From Nitrosopumilus sp. (GTDB lineage: Archaea > Thermoproteota > Nitrososphaeria > Nitrososphaerales > Nitrosopumilaceae), in assembly GCA_965238275.1 (NCBI GenBank), contig OZ250186.1:1824001-1888000 (forward strand): 64,000 bases of DNA, given 5' to 3'. Both the position numbers and the translations under genes were made by a program. This document shows, in pieces, positions 30,385 through 40,546 of this stretch; position 1 is the stretch's first letter, and the number at the start of each line of letters is the position of its first letter. Below the pieces are notes generated by a model. The model was not told where the DNA came from. It worked only from the letters and a program-made list of their open reading frames with translations, and ran no database searches.

Positions 30385-32543
30385 GCCTGGAACCGCATGA
30401 GATCGAGGAGCTTCGGGCAAGAATCGGCAGGGAGCCCACCAGCACAGAGTTTGAGATGGTGGCAGCAGAATGGTCCGAGCACTGCTCCTACAAGTCATCA
30501 AAGAGGCACCTGAGGATGCTTCCGATGGACGGGCCGCTGGTAATTACAGAAAAGGGGTACGACTCGGGGGTGCTGGATGTGGGGGACGGATACGTGATAA
30601 CTGCCCACATCGAGAGCCACAACCACCCTTCAGCAGTGGAGCCGTACGGGGGCGCGGCAACCGGGGTCGGCGGGGTGATACGGGACATACTGTCTGCGGG
30701 GACCAGGCCGGTCGCAATACTTGACGGGCTGCGCTTTGGGGACATCAGGAGTGACGCGCATGCACGGTGGCTGTTCAGAAACGCCGTGAGCGGCATTGCA
30801 GACTATGGCAACTGCCTGGGAATTCCCACCATCGGGGGCGAGACGGAGTTTGATTCGTGCTATTCGGGATATGCCATGGTGGACGTGGCTGCAGTCGGAT
30901 TTGGAAAAAGGGAACGCCTGATACAAAACCATGCAGAGCCCGGGGACCTGGTGGTTCTGGTGGGCGGCGCCACCGGCCGCGACGGCATAGGAGGATCACA
31001 GTTTGCATCAGACACGCTGGAGACAGACGACCGCTCGGCCGTGCAGATACCCGATCCGTTCATTGAAAAGCTGATAATCGAGGCCATACTGGAGGCAAGG
31101 AACGCAGGCGTGATTCACGCCATGAAGGATCTTGGAGGCGGCGGGCTTGCATGTGCCGTATCCGAGACTGCCAATGCCCTTGGCGTGGGAATGGACGTGG
31201 ATGTGGAAGGCGTCCACACCAGGGGGGAGGGGATGGATCCGTGGGAGATCATGGTATCAGAGTCGCAGGAGAGGATGCTGCTGGTTACCGGAGGCAGACA
31301 AGTCAGGGTACTGGAGGAGATATGCAAAAAGTTTCGCATCGGCTGCTCTGTCATCGGCTCAGTTACGCCAGACGGGATTGTGCGGATCCGGAGGGGCCAG
31401 GAGATCTTTGCCTGCCTGCCTGCAAAGGTCATTACCGATGCCACGCTCCTTGACCTGCCCTCGAAAAAGCCAGAATACCTCAAGACCATACACGCAGAGA
31501 GCCTCAAGGAGGTCGCGGACCTCTCAGACGTACTGGCAAGCCTGCTTGGCGCGCCCAACATCGCAAGCAAGATCTGGGTGTACGGCCAGTATGATCACGA
31601 GGTGGGAATCAGGACCGTCACAAAGCCTGGCGGCGATGCCTCCGTCCTGCGCCTTGACAACGGCAGGTTCCTCTCGGTAAAGATCGACGGAAACCCAAAG
31701 CACTGCTATGTCGATCCCCGCAACGGCGCCATCGGCTGCTTTGAGGAGGCATGCAGGAACGTCGCGTGCACCGGCGCCAGGCCCGTCGGGATGCTGGATC
31801 ACCTCCAGTTTGGAGATCCCAGGGATCCCGAGATATTCTGGACGTTTCTCGAATCGGTCAGGGGCATTGCAGACTTTGCAAGACACATGAACATTCCGTG
31901 CATCGGGGGGAAGGTAAGCCTGTACAACGAGACTGCCTCGGGTCCCATCAAGCCCACCCCTCTGATCGGAGTCCTGGGGCTCTCAGACAAGCAGCCTGCG
32001 CCGCAGAGGATCACACCCGGAGACTGCCTTGTGATGGTGGGGGAGACAAAGGACGAGATGGGCGGCTCCGAGTATCTCGAATACATACACGGGTGCGTGG
32101 GCGGAAGGTGCCCTGCCGTGGATTTTGCCGCATCAGAGAGGAACATGAACGGCGTGCTGGACTGCATCAGGAAGAACCTTGTAAGGTCGGCGCACGACTG
32201 CTCAAAGGGAGGCCTGGCAGTCGCAGTATCCGAGATGTGCATGACCGGCCGGATCGGCTGCAACGTGGATACGGGAATGGTGCCGCATGACGTGATGATG
32301 ATGGACATGGACAGGATACTGTTCTCTGAGAGCCACTCCAGGTATCTGCTGGCAGTACAAGAGGACAACCTAGAGGAGGTCAAAAGAATCCTTGAAGGGT
32401 ACGGGGTCAGGTTCGACCAGATCGGAGGGTTTGGGGGCGAATCCATACTGTTCAGGGGCAAGAACGATGCAGTCAATCTAAGAGTTGATAAGGCACGTGA
32501 GGTATGGTTAAACTCGTTGAAGAGTCTGGTGCTACATGGATAA
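30381..32543 (+). CDS. purL: FGAM synthase subunit PurL
   Basis: WSEHCSYKSS, ESHNHPS, GATGRDGIGG, SESQERM, GGKVSLYNE. Confidence 0.97.
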   Translation: MSLEPHEIEELRARIGREPTSTEFEMVAAEWSEHCSYKSSKRHLRMLPMDGPLVITEKGYDSGVLDVGDGYVITAHIESHNHPSAVEPYGGAATGVGGVIRDILSAGTRPVAILDGLRFGDIRSDAHARWLFRNAVSGIADYGNCLGIPTIGGETEFDSCYSGYAMVDVAAVGFGKRERLIQNHAEPGDLVVLVGGATGRDGIGGSQFASDTLETDDRSAVQIPDPFIEKLIIEAILEARNAGVIHAMKDLGGGGLACAVSETANALGVGMDVDVEGVHTRGEGMDPWEIMVSESQERMLLVTGGRQVRVLEEICKKFRIGCSVIGSVTPDGIVRIRRGQEIFACLPAKVITDATLLDLPSKKPEYLKTIHAESLKEVADLSDVLASLLGAPNIASKIWVYGQYDHEVGIRTVTKPGGDASVLRLDNGRFLSVKIDGNPKHCYVDPRNGAIGCFEEACRNVACTGARPVGMLDHLQFGDPRDPEIFWTFLESVRGIADFARHMNIPCIGGKVSLYNETASGPIKPTPLIGVLGLSDKQPAPQRITPGDCLVMVGETKDEMGGSEYLEYIHGCVGGRCPAVDFAASERNMNGVLDCIRKNLVRSAHDCSKGGLAVAVSEMCMTGRIGCNVDTGMVPHDVMMMDMDRILFSESHSRYLLAVQEDNLEEVKRILEGYGVRFDQIGGFGGESILFRGKNDAVNLRVDKAREVWLNSLKSLVLHG

Positions 32544-33969
32544 GCCAAAGGAGAACTGCGGCGTTGTCGGGATCTACTCTGCCAGCGGAACAAACGTGGT
32601 TCCGATGGCAATCGATGCGCTCAGGGCACTCCAGCACAGGGGACAGGAGGCATGGGGGATTGCAGTTCCCAACAAGCCGCCGTTCAAGAAGATCGGACTG
32701 GTCTCAGCAGCCGCATCAGAACTCAAGTCCATCGCAAAAGACTACGCATCGCATGCAGTCATCGGCCACGTGCGGTACTCCACCATGGGAAGAAGCTCCC
32801 TTGAGAATGCGCAGCCGCTGAAGGTAAAGGATCTGTGTGTGGCCCACAACGGGACAATTGCAAACGCGCAAGAGATCTCAAACCTTGTGGGCGGATGCTC
32901 GTTTACCCCCCAGAATGCAAGCGACACGCTCGTTGCAGCGCAGCGGCTGGTCTCGCTGATATCAGAGAAGGGCGGGATGGGAAGCGCCATGTCGGTATTG
33001 AAAGACGAGATGAAGGGATCATACTGCTTTACGTTCATCTCAGACGACGAGTCAGTCTATGCGGCCCGCGACCCCATGGGATTCCGTCCAATGGTGCTAG
33101 GACACAAGGCCGCAGATGACACGTACATCGTGGCATCCGAATCCTCTGCCATCTCTGCAGTGGGTGCCAAGATGGAGCGCAACGTCGTGCCAGGCGAGAT
33201 GATAAGGATCAACAAGGACGGACTGAAATCCGAGATGTTCTCAAGGAATACCGCGCGGGCGCACTGCTCCTTTGAGTTTACCTACTTTGCGCATCCGTCA
33301 AGCAATATGGAGGGCGTCAACATCTATGTCACCCGCAAGAACATCGGCAGGTTTCTTGCAAGAAAGTTTCCTGTATGGGATGCTGATCTGGTGATACCGG
33401 TTCCGGATTCTGCAAGGCCCGCGGCCCTGGGATACGCGCAGGAACTGGGAGTGCAGTTTGACGAGGGCCTGCTAAAGGACAGGTACAGCAAGAAGGGGCC
33501 CCTGCGAAGCTTCATCGAGCCGCACCAGAGCGACAGGGTGGAGATAAACAGGTGGATAATTCCAATCCAGGAGATAATAGAAGGCAAGCATGTCGTGGTG
33601 ATTGATGACAGCCTGGTCAGGGGGACAAGCTCCCGGGCAATAATCAAGGCACTCAGAAGGGCGGGGGCAAAAAAGATCAGCATGATGATAACGTATCCCC
33701 CCATACAGTTCCCATGCTATGCAGGAATCGACTTTCCGTCCCAGGACGAGCTGGCAACATTCTCGGATAAGGAGATGAGTATTGAGGAGAGGATAGAGAT
33801 GGTCAGGCAGAGCATAGGTGCCGACTTTTTGGGATACAACGACGCAGAGAACCTTGCAGCCGCAGTCGGCATTCCAAGGGAGTCGATGTGCTTTACGTGC
33901 CATTCCGGGGACTATACCCCCCTGGGAATAACCCCCAAGTTCAAAAGCCGCATAGAGATGAAGGGGTAG
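32536..33969 (+). CDS. purF: Amidophosphoribosyltransferase
   Basis: ENCGVVG, LQHRGQE, GHVRYST, VIDDSLVRGTS. Confidence 0.97.
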   Translation: MDKPKENCGVVGIYSASGTNVVPMAIDALRALQHRGQEAWGIAVPNKPPFKKIGLVSAAASELKSIAKDYASHAVIGHVRYSTMGRSSLENAQPLKVKDLCVAHNGTIANAQEISNLVGGCSFTPQNASDTLVAAQRLVSLISEKGGMGSAMSVLKDEMKGSYCFTFISDDESVYAARDPMGFRPMVLGHKAADDTYIVASESSAISAVGAKMERNVVPGEMIRINKDGLKSEMFSRNTARAHCSFEFTYFAHPSSNMEGVNIYVTRKNIGRFLARKFPVWDADLVIPVPDSARPAALGYAQELGVQFDEGLLKDRYSKKGPLRSFIEPHQSDRVEINRWIIPIQEIIEGKHVVVIDDSLVRGTSSRAIIKALRRAGAKKISMMITYPPIQFPCYAGIDFPSQDELATFSDKEMSIEERIEMVRQSIGADFLGYNDAENLAAAVGIPRESMCFTCHSGDYTPLGITPKFKSRIEMKG

Positions 33970-34083
33970 TAGGAGTAGGAGTAGCCGGTCCGGACCAGGG
34001 CATATCCGTAGAATCCGCACGTCTGAAAACCATTTGGTATATTCCGTTTAACATGATGCGTCTAATACCGGATTACAGACAGT

Positions 34084-34353
34084 GTGTGTAATGCAGGAGT
34101 GGACATAGTGGTCAGAACCAGGAGAGCCAACAGGTACTGCGTGGACTGCGGTGCAAGGCTGGTGTACTATCCAAGACTCTCAAACCCCAAGGCGCCAAAC
34201 GAGTACAGGGTGCTGGTGTATGCGTGTCCCGACTGTACAGACGACTTTGAAAAGCCAAAGATGTTCTCGATTAAGAGAAACAAGTCCGAGGATCCGCTGG
34301 AGACTGTAGAGATTGAGATAACGCAGGTACAAAAAAAGATTGCAGCAAGATGA
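34084..34353 (+). CDS. Small zinc-ribbon protein
   Basis: CVDC...CPDC; start possibly GTG at 34099. Confidence 0.7.
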   Translation: MCNAGVDIVVRTRRANRYCVDCGARLVYYPRLSNPKAPNEYRVLVYACPDCTDDFEKPKMFSIKRNKSEDPLETVEIEITQVQKKIAAR

Positions 34354-34509
34354 CTGGGGATGCAGGTCATGTGCATCATGGAGCCGAGTACACGCCCGGA
34401 TTCCAGTCAGAGAGGGGCGCAAATGCCGATGCAGTCATGTCTGCGGATCCGGGCATGCGCTGCCGTGCCGGTTCCATTGGGAATTTATACCAGCATATCC
34501 CACGCACAC

Positions 34510-34977
34510 ATGATGGCAAGATCAAGGTACTGGAAGATCACACCAGACGAGATGGGCGATTATTCATATGACCACCAGTATCTTCTCAACTGGGAGATAA
34601 AATGCGTCAGGGAACCTGAAAGCGAGGCGCAGTTCATCGGGGTCTTCATGTACAGGAACGGCACCCCGTACGACTACGAGTCCATAAGGGGAATATGCTA
34701 TTTCTACAACAACATCAGCGGAAAGGAGATTCCAGCAATCACTGGGTTCCTCAAGGACAAGTTCGGCGGAAAGGAGATTGAAAAGGGGGAGAGGATGATC
34801 CTCAAGGGATCAGAGGAGATCTATTCTGGCAGGGACATAGCAGGCCTTGCAAGGGAGCTGGAGGACAAGTTTGACGCAAAGGCCGTGATATCCCTGGAGT
34901 TTGAGAACCTTACCACAGAGCAGCTAAAGGATGCGGGGCTGCCGGAGGCAAAACTGCTTCCAATACCCAGCAAATAG
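34510..34977 (+). CDS. Conserved thaumarchaeal hypothetical protein
   Basis: Likely start MMARSRYWK; globular composition. Confidence 0.7.
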   Translation: MMARSRYWKITPDEMGDYSYDHQYLLNWEIKCVREPESEAQFIGVFMYRNGTPYDYESIRGICYFYNNISGKEIPAITGFLKDKFGGKEIEKGERMILKGSEEIYSGRDIAGLARELEDKFDAKAVISLEFENLTTEQLKDAGLPEAKLLPIPSK

Positions 34978-35005
34978 ATATTACCCTGAACGTACAAATG
35001 ATGCA

Positions 35006-35803
35006 ATGTCTGAACTGAAGGAGTTCGGTCAGCATCTTGACGAGCTGAGAAAGAGATTACTAAAGATTGCCATAGTGATTGGCGTCATTACAGTGTTCAT
35101 ACTGACGTTCCATTTGGAACCCATCCAGGTGGGGGAGACTGTCCTGTACTATCCCACCCCGGAACCGCTTGACAACATTGCAGCGCAGATAACAAACCAC
35201 ATGAGGGACAGCCTGGTGCCCGAGGATGTGGAACTGATTCAGACATCGCCAGGACAGGCATTCTTTGCGCAGGTATACATTGCAGCCCTCGTGGGGATTG
35301 TATCCGGAATGCCGGTAATAGTGTGGAACATGGCCGGATTCATCAGGCCGGCCCTCAGGGAGAGGGAGATAAACGTAAGCAGGACCATCACGATTCCGGC
35401 AGTGGGGCTGTTTGCCACGGGATGCGCGTTTGCATATGTTTTCGTGGTCCCATACATGCTGGAGTTCCTGTACAGGTATGGTGAGTCCTCCGGGCTCGTG
35501 ACATTCTTAAACGTGATTGACTTTGTCGCCTTCGTCCTGCAGTTTCTTCTGGCATTCGGGCTCTCGTTCCAGCTGCCGCTGGTAATGTATGCTACGTCAG
35601 TGTCAGGGGCCACGGATGCAGGCTTTTGGAGGAGGAACATAAGGTATGCCATAGTGGTCATAGTGATATTTGGGGCGGTGATAACGCCTGACGGGAGCGG
35701 AGTCACCATGTGGTTTATTGCAGGCCCGATGATTGCCCTGTACCTTACAGGCATGTTCATCATAGAACGCAGGGAAAAAGTTGAACACTTAAATTCAAAC
35801 TGA
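35006..35803 (+). CDS. tatC: Twin-arginine translocase TatC
   Basis: HLDELRKRL, FGLSFQLP, RYAIV, AVITPDGS. Confidence 0.94.
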   Translation: MSELKEFGQHLDELRKRLLKIAIVIGVITVFILTFHLEPIQVGETVLYYPTPEPLDNIAAQITNHMRDSLVPEDVELIQTSPGQAFFAQVYIAALVGIVSGMPVIVWNMAGFIRPALREREINVSRTITIPAVGLFATGCAFAYVFVVPYMLEFLYRYGESSGLVTFLNVIDFVAFVLQFLLAFGLSFQLPLVMYATSVSGATDAGFWRRNIRYAIVVIVIFGAVITPDGSGVTMWFIAGPMIALYLTGMFIIERREKVEHLNSN

Positions 35804-35817
35804 GGCAATACTGTACC

Positions 35818-36018
35818 ATGTTCGGATCCGTTTTGGCCGGTTTCATCGCAGGACAGGAGTGGATATTCATAATAATCATCGCAGTCGTGTTCATCTTTGG
35901 GGCAAAGAAGATACCGGAGCTTGCAAAGACGTTTGGCAAGGCCAAGGGCGAGTATGAAAAGGGCAAGATAGAGGGCGAAAAGGAACTCAAGGATTTCAAA
36001 GACAAGTCGTCATCCTGA
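35818..36018 (+). CDS. tatA: Twin-arginine translocase TatA
   Basis: TM followed by FGAKKIPELAKTFGK. Confidence 0.93.
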   Translation: MFGSVLAGFIAGQEWIFIIIIAVVFIFGAKKIPELAKTFGKAKGEYEKGKIEGEKELKDFKDKSSS

Positions 36019-36441
36019 TTCTGCAGCCGCTGCAAGGTCATCTAGAATGGCGCCATAGTCGCGCTTGTATCTGCCGCGGTCAAGCATGGAGTTTATCCCC
36101 ATGGCCAGGCCCAGCCGCAGGTTCACGTCAGTCACAACCAGGGTGTCGTCTCCTGCCACGTCAAACCTCTGCAGGATACTTGACCCCTTGAGGCTGCCCC
36201 CGATTACAAACAGGTTGTGCGTGGACGGGGGCAGGGACAAATGCCTTGCCATGATGACAAGGCGCCGCCCGCCAAGGTTCATGTGCTCCTCTACTACTGC
36301 CACATCTCCCCGGACGGAACGGACCCGGACCGACGGAAAGTGCTGGGGGATCGTCTCGGGGTAGGACCTAAAGCAGGACATTGTATCGTATGTCTTTTGC
36401 CGTTGTGCATGAACCATCTTCTCCAATCTGAACCTTGGCAA
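36010..36441 (-). CDS. SRPBCC/polyketide cyclase-like protein
   Basis: YPETIPQHFPSVRV..., START-fold-like pattern. Confidence 0.6.
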   Translation of the reverse strand: MPRFRLEKMVHAQRQKTYDTMSCFRSYPETIPQHFPSVRVRSVRGDVAVVEEHMNLGGRRLVIMARHLSLPPSTHNLFVIGGSLKGSSILQRFDVAGDDTLVVTDVNLRLGLAMGINSMLDRGRYKRDYGAILDDLAAAAESG

Positions 36442-36631
36442 TCACGGTGTGGTGCGCCTGTCTCGGGTATAAACCATGATTGTCCGAGGGATCAGTCGGC
36501 AGGAACAGCCGGTACCCGAAGGAATTCTGCTGCATGGAGCCAGGCTCCCATACATGATGCAGTGCCCGCCGGGCGTTCCTTTACGCTGCCGGCTTGAAAT
36601 TTTTATATCCGCAGGAGACAGACCCGGTGGA

Positions 36632-37036
36632 ATGATTGACGGGATAGAGGGCATGACAGTCATGGTCTCAGACCAGCAAAAGGCAGTGGAGTTTTACACG
36701 CAGAGGCTTGGGCTTGAAAAAAAGGTGGATACGGATGCGGCAGGATACAGGTGGGTCGTGGTTGGCCCAAGGGGATCAGAGACGGTGATCAGCCTGGCAG
36801 ACCCTGCCCAGTTGAAAGACTGCGACCCAGAACAGATTGAACGGGCAAGGGCAAGAATCGGGGCACCCACCGGAATCTGGTTTTACACCAAGGATATCGA
36901 GGCGACATACCAGGAACTAAGATCAAGGCAGGTGGACATCACCAAACCCGAAAGGCAGGCCTGGGGCGGAGTGATGAGTCGCATCCATGATCAGGACAGG
37001 AACACCATCTGGCTGGTCGGGGATTCCAAGGAATAG
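36632..37036 (+). CDS. VOC/glyoxalase family protein
   Basis: VSDQQKAVEFY..LG, DIEATYQEL, WGG...DQDRN. Confidence 0.85.
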   Translation: MIDGIEGMTVMVSDQQKAVEFYTQRLGLEKKVDTDAAGYRWVVVGPRGSETVISLADPAQLKDCDPEQIERARARIGAPTGIWFYTKDIEATYQELRSRQVDITKPERQAWGGVMSRIHDQDRNTIWLVGDSKE

Positions 37037-37229
37037 CCCGCGGTTTCTTCAAGGCACCAAAAACCGGTTTGCCGATTCCTCATGTGGGACAACTTGGCTC
37101 GGGTCAATGCCACGGTGTGGCTGAGTGCATCAGGTCGTGCGTGGGTCGGAGCATCCTCAGGCGCATGCAGTAATCTCACCAGGATTCAAGGGGCGTCTAC
37201 CTGACAACACCGGACATTCCTAGAGTGGA

Positions 37230-37790
37230 TCAATTGCCGGTGCCCCACCTAGTGTACAGGCCGTGATCTATTCCAAACTGATCCAGGCATTTTCCAACGC
37301 CGTGGTTTATGATGTCGTCCACGGACTCGGGCTTGGTATAGAATTCAGTCACCGGGGGCAGTATCACTATTCCCAGCCTTGCAAGCTTTAGCATGTTCTC
37401 CAGGTGGATGGCAGACAGCGGGGTCTCCCGTGCCATGAGTACCAGCTTTCTGGACTCTTTTATCGTGACGCCTGCAGCCCTTGCAATCAGGGTGTCGTCG
37501 TATCCGCCTGCGATGGCAGCCAGCGTCTTCATGCTGCACGGGGCCACTATCATCCCGTCTGTCCGGTATGTTCCGCTGGACACCCCGGATGCCATGTTTG
37601 CCTCGTCAGACACGTCCGTTGCCAGGGACTTGACGTAGTCGATTGTGTATTCAGTCTCCATTCCTATGCAGGTTCTGGCCCACTTGGAGACTATCAGGTG
37701 CGTCTCAACGTCGGCCTCCCTGAGTACCTCAAGCATCCTCACCCCATAGACTGCGCCGGTGCTCCCGGTCATTCCTATAACAAGCTTCAA
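37230..37790 (-). CDS. ubiX: Flavin prenyltransferase UbiX
   Basis: IGMTGSTG, SSG, PCSMKTL, RETPL..IHLENM. Confidence 0.93.
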   Translation of the reverse strand: MKLVIGMTGSTGAVYGVRMLEVLREADVETHLIVSKWARTCIGMETEYTIDYVKSLATDVSDEANMASGVSSGTYRTDGMIVAPCSMKTLAAIAGGYDDTLIARAAGVTIKESRKLVLMARETPLSAIHLENMLKLARLGIVILPPVTEFYTKPESVDDIINHGVGKCLDQFGIDHGLYTRWGTGN

Positions 37791-37823
37791 TGATACTAGT
37801 ATACCGCTGAGCTATTTTATCCC

Positions 37824-37982
37824 TTAGATCATATCAGGGCTGGTGCCGGAGGCATCCTGTTCCTCCTCCTCCGCCTCAGGCTCCCTGTACCTTCTGCGCT
37901 TGATCCACAACGATATCCCGCCTGCGGCCATGGCAGTCAGCAGGATCACCCCTGCCATCTGCAGTTCGAAACTGTACAGCAT
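37824..37982 (-). CDS. Small single-TM protein
   Basis: TM followed by KRRR and an acidic tail. Confidence 0.45.
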   Translation of the reverse strand: MLYSFELQMAGVILLTAMAAGGISLWIKRRRYREPEAEEEEQDASGTSPDMI

Positions 37983-38090
37983 GAACAATGTATGATTACA
38001 TATGGGAAAAGTCTTGTGGCACGACAAAGGATGCAGAACGGGAAATTCCCAAAGACTAGTTATATTACATCCATTCATTCAAGATGAAAC

Positions 38091-39182
38091 ATGATCGAGG
38101 ACTCTGATGTGAAGAGTGTGGTAAAGGGCTACTCGGATGTGAGGGTAGGCGTTTTGGGCAGCCATTCGGCACTTGAGATCATGGACGGGGCAAAAGACGA
38201 GGGACTCTCCACAGTAGTCTTTTGCCAGAAGGGAAGGGAGCTGCCATACCAGAGATTTTCAAGGATTGCAGACGAGATCATAGTACTGGACAGATTCAAG
38301 GACATGGCGTCTGCCAAAAACCAGGAGAGGATGAGGGAGTCAGGAACGATTGTTGTTCCGCACCGCTCCCTTACTGCATACCTTGGATACAAGACCATAG
38401 AGGAGGAGTTCAGGGTGCCCATATTTGGAAACAGGCGGCTGTTCCAGGCAGAGGAGAGGACGGCAGAAAAGGGCCAGTACTACCTGCTTGAAAAAGCGGG
38501 CATCCGATACCCCAAGGTGTTTGCCAGTCCGGAGGACATAAACGGGCCGTGCATAGTAAAGGTGCAGGAGAAGGACAGGCCCCTTGAGAGGGCCTTTTTC
38601 ACTGCCTCAGGATACAATGATTACAAGGTTAATTCACATTACAGAATCACACAGGGTACGATATCAAAGGAAGACCTGGAAGCGGCAAGCATCGAGGAGC
38701 TTGTCATCGGAACATACATGAACTTTAACTTTTTCCACACCCCGATATCAGACCAGGTGGATTTCATAGGGATTGAAAGGAGGCTGCAGACTGACATCCA
38801 CGACTACAACGCGCTTCCGGCAAACCAGCAGCAGCAAATACGTATTACCCCGCAGAACATCGAGGTCGGGCACACTCCTGCAAGCATCAGGGAGTCCCTG
38901 CTTGAAAAGGTGCTCGAAATGGGCGACAAGTTTGTTGCGGCGGCAAAAAGAGAGTACGCCCCAGGAATCATAGGGCCGTTTTCTCTCCAGAGCGTGATTA
39001 CCAGGGATCTTGAGCTGGTAGTGTATGACGTCTCCCTGCGGGTTCCGGGAAACCCGATAGTCGCCACGACCAGCCCGTACACAAAATACCAGTACGGCAC
39101 TACATTTGGCATAGGCAGAAGGATTGCCATGGAGATCAGGCGGGCCATGGACGAGGACAGCCTGGACAAGATTGTAACATAA
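38091..39182 (+). CDS. purP: PurP-family ATP-grasp formate-dependent ligase
   Basis: GSHSAL..GAKDEG, VPHRS, FGNR, IRESLL, IGPFSLQ, GRRIAMEI. Confidence 0.92.
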   Translation: MIEDSDVKSVVKGYSDVRVGVLGSHSALEIMDGAKDEGLSTVVFCQKGRELPYQRFSRIADEIIVLDRFKDMASAKNQERMRESGTIVVPHRSLTAYLGYKTIEEEFRVPIFGNRRLFQAEERTAEKGQYYLLEKAGIRYPKVFASPEDINGPCIVKVQEKDRPLERAFFTASGYNDYKVNSHYRITQGTISKEDLEAASIEELVIGTYMNFNFFHTPISDQVDFIGIERRLQTDIHDYNALPANQQQQIRITPQNIEVGHTPASIRESLLEKVLEMGDKFVAAAKREYAPGIIGPFSLQSVITRDLELVVYDVSLRVPGNPIVATTSPYTKYQYGTTFGIGRRIAMEIRRAMDEDSLDKIVT

Positions 39183-39214
39183 ATCCAAGAGTGACGGTTC
39201 AGTGTACGCTTGGC

Positions 39215-39232
39215 GGTGGTGGTGGTGGTGGT
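39215..39232 (+). repeat. (GGT)6 microsatellite
   Basis: Read directly; intergenic. Confidence 0.85.
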
Positions 39233-39307
39233 GGCCAATTACGCACCAGACTGCCTTGCGCTAAATTCCTGGTATCGTTTTTAACTGAGGCATATCCATC
39301 ACACCCC

Positions 39308-39412
39308 ATGAACAAGCGCTTTGTGATGGTAGGCATAGGCCTGGGAATAATTATCACAATTGCAGTAATCGTCGGCTCGCCTGCGCTAGGCGGCTTTGAT
39401 GCCACACGCTGA
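39308..39412 (+). CDS. Possible 34-aa membrane peptide
   Basis: MNKRFVMVGIGLGIIITIAVIVG; TTTTTAA ~25 nt upstream. Confidence 0.4.
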   Translation: MNKRFVMVGIGLGIIITIAVIVGSPALGGFDATR

Positions 39413-40546
39413 TCAGCAGAACCGCCCGTGCGCGCTCTCAAAGGCGCCAAGCGACTCTTTGATGTCGGCATCTGTAAGCCATGCCGTAACTGATATCCTC
39501 AGCCTTGCCTGGTTTTTTGGGACCGTCGGGTACCGGATGGGCTGTACAAAGACGCCCCTCTTGCGAAGAAACTCGCCCATCTCCAGCGCATCGCGCTCCC
39601 TGCCAACCACGACCGGGATGATGTGGGTCTGCGATGTCACGTCATAGCCGATCCTTTTCAGCCCGTCGGCCATCTGTCTGGTGTTGCGCGCAAGCACCTG
39701 CCGTCGTGCCTCCCGGTCAGACAGGAACCGTCCCAGGGAGTGCTCCACCAGAAACGCCGGCAGCGCAGACGTGTAGATGAACGGCCTTGATTGGTTTATG
39801 CACATCTGGATTATCCGCTCGTCAGAGGCCACGTATCCCCCGAACGAGCCCAGCGCCTTGCTCAGGCTGCTGATGTAGATGTCCACCTTGCCTGCAACCC
39901 CGAACAGGTCAGGCACGCCCCTGCCGTCGCTGCCTGCCACAAAGTCCCCATGGGCATCGTCAAGTACCGTCACGGCGCCGGTCCTGCCTGCAAGATCCAC
40001 AATCTCCCGTATGTCTGAATAGTCCCCGTCCATGCTGAATATGCCCTCGGTGACGATGAACCTGTTCCCTGCGCCCCCCTCAAGCTTTTTCTCAAGATCA
40101 TCCATGTCGTTGTGCCTGTATACGGAGACCCGGGCGCCGGACAGCCTGCACGACTCTATTATGCTTGCATGGTTCAGCTCGTCACTGAGAATCAGGTCCC
40201 CCTTTTGCGCCACTGCAGGCATCACCCCCGTGTTTGCCATGTATCCGGTCGGGTATACCAGGCTGCCCTGCTGCGACTTGTGTCTTGCAAGCGCCTCCTC
40301 CAGCTGATCATAGACGGGATCGTTTCCAGATACCAGTCGGGAGCTGGACTGGGACTGTCCGGTTCTGACGGGCGTTGCGGGGATTCCAAGGTAGTCATTT
40401 GAGCACAGGTTGATGAGCCTCTTGCCGTCAATCGTAATGTACTGGCCCTGCACCGTTCCGGACTTGAGCGTCCTGTATAGTCCGTCCTCTTGTATGCGAT
40501 GCAGCCTGGCATCGGCAAAATCCAGGCTGTTATGCCTTGAGTCCAA
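39413..40546 (-). CDS. bioF: 8-amino-7-oxononanoate synthase
   Basis: SNDYLG, GYMAN, NHASII, EGIFSMDGD, DDAHG, SLSKALG. Confidence 0.92.
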   Translation of the reverse strand: MDSRHNSLDFADARLHRIQEDGLYRTLKSGTVQGQYITIDGKRLINLCSNDYLGIPATPVRTGQSQSSSRLVSGNDPVYDQLEEALARHKSQQGSLVYPTGYMANTGVMPAVAQKGDLILSDELNHASIIESCRLSGARVSVYRHNDMDDLEKKLEGGAGNRFIVTEGIFSMDGDYSDIREIVDLAGRTGAVTVLDDAHGDFVAGSDGRGVPDLFGVAGKVDIYISSLSKALGSFGGYVASDERIIQMCINQSRPFIYTSALPAFLVEHSLGRFLSDREARRQVLARNTRQMADGLKRIGYDVTSQTHIIPVVVGRERDALEMGEFLRKRGVFVQPIRYPTVPKNQARLRISVTAWLTDADIKESLGAFESAHGRFC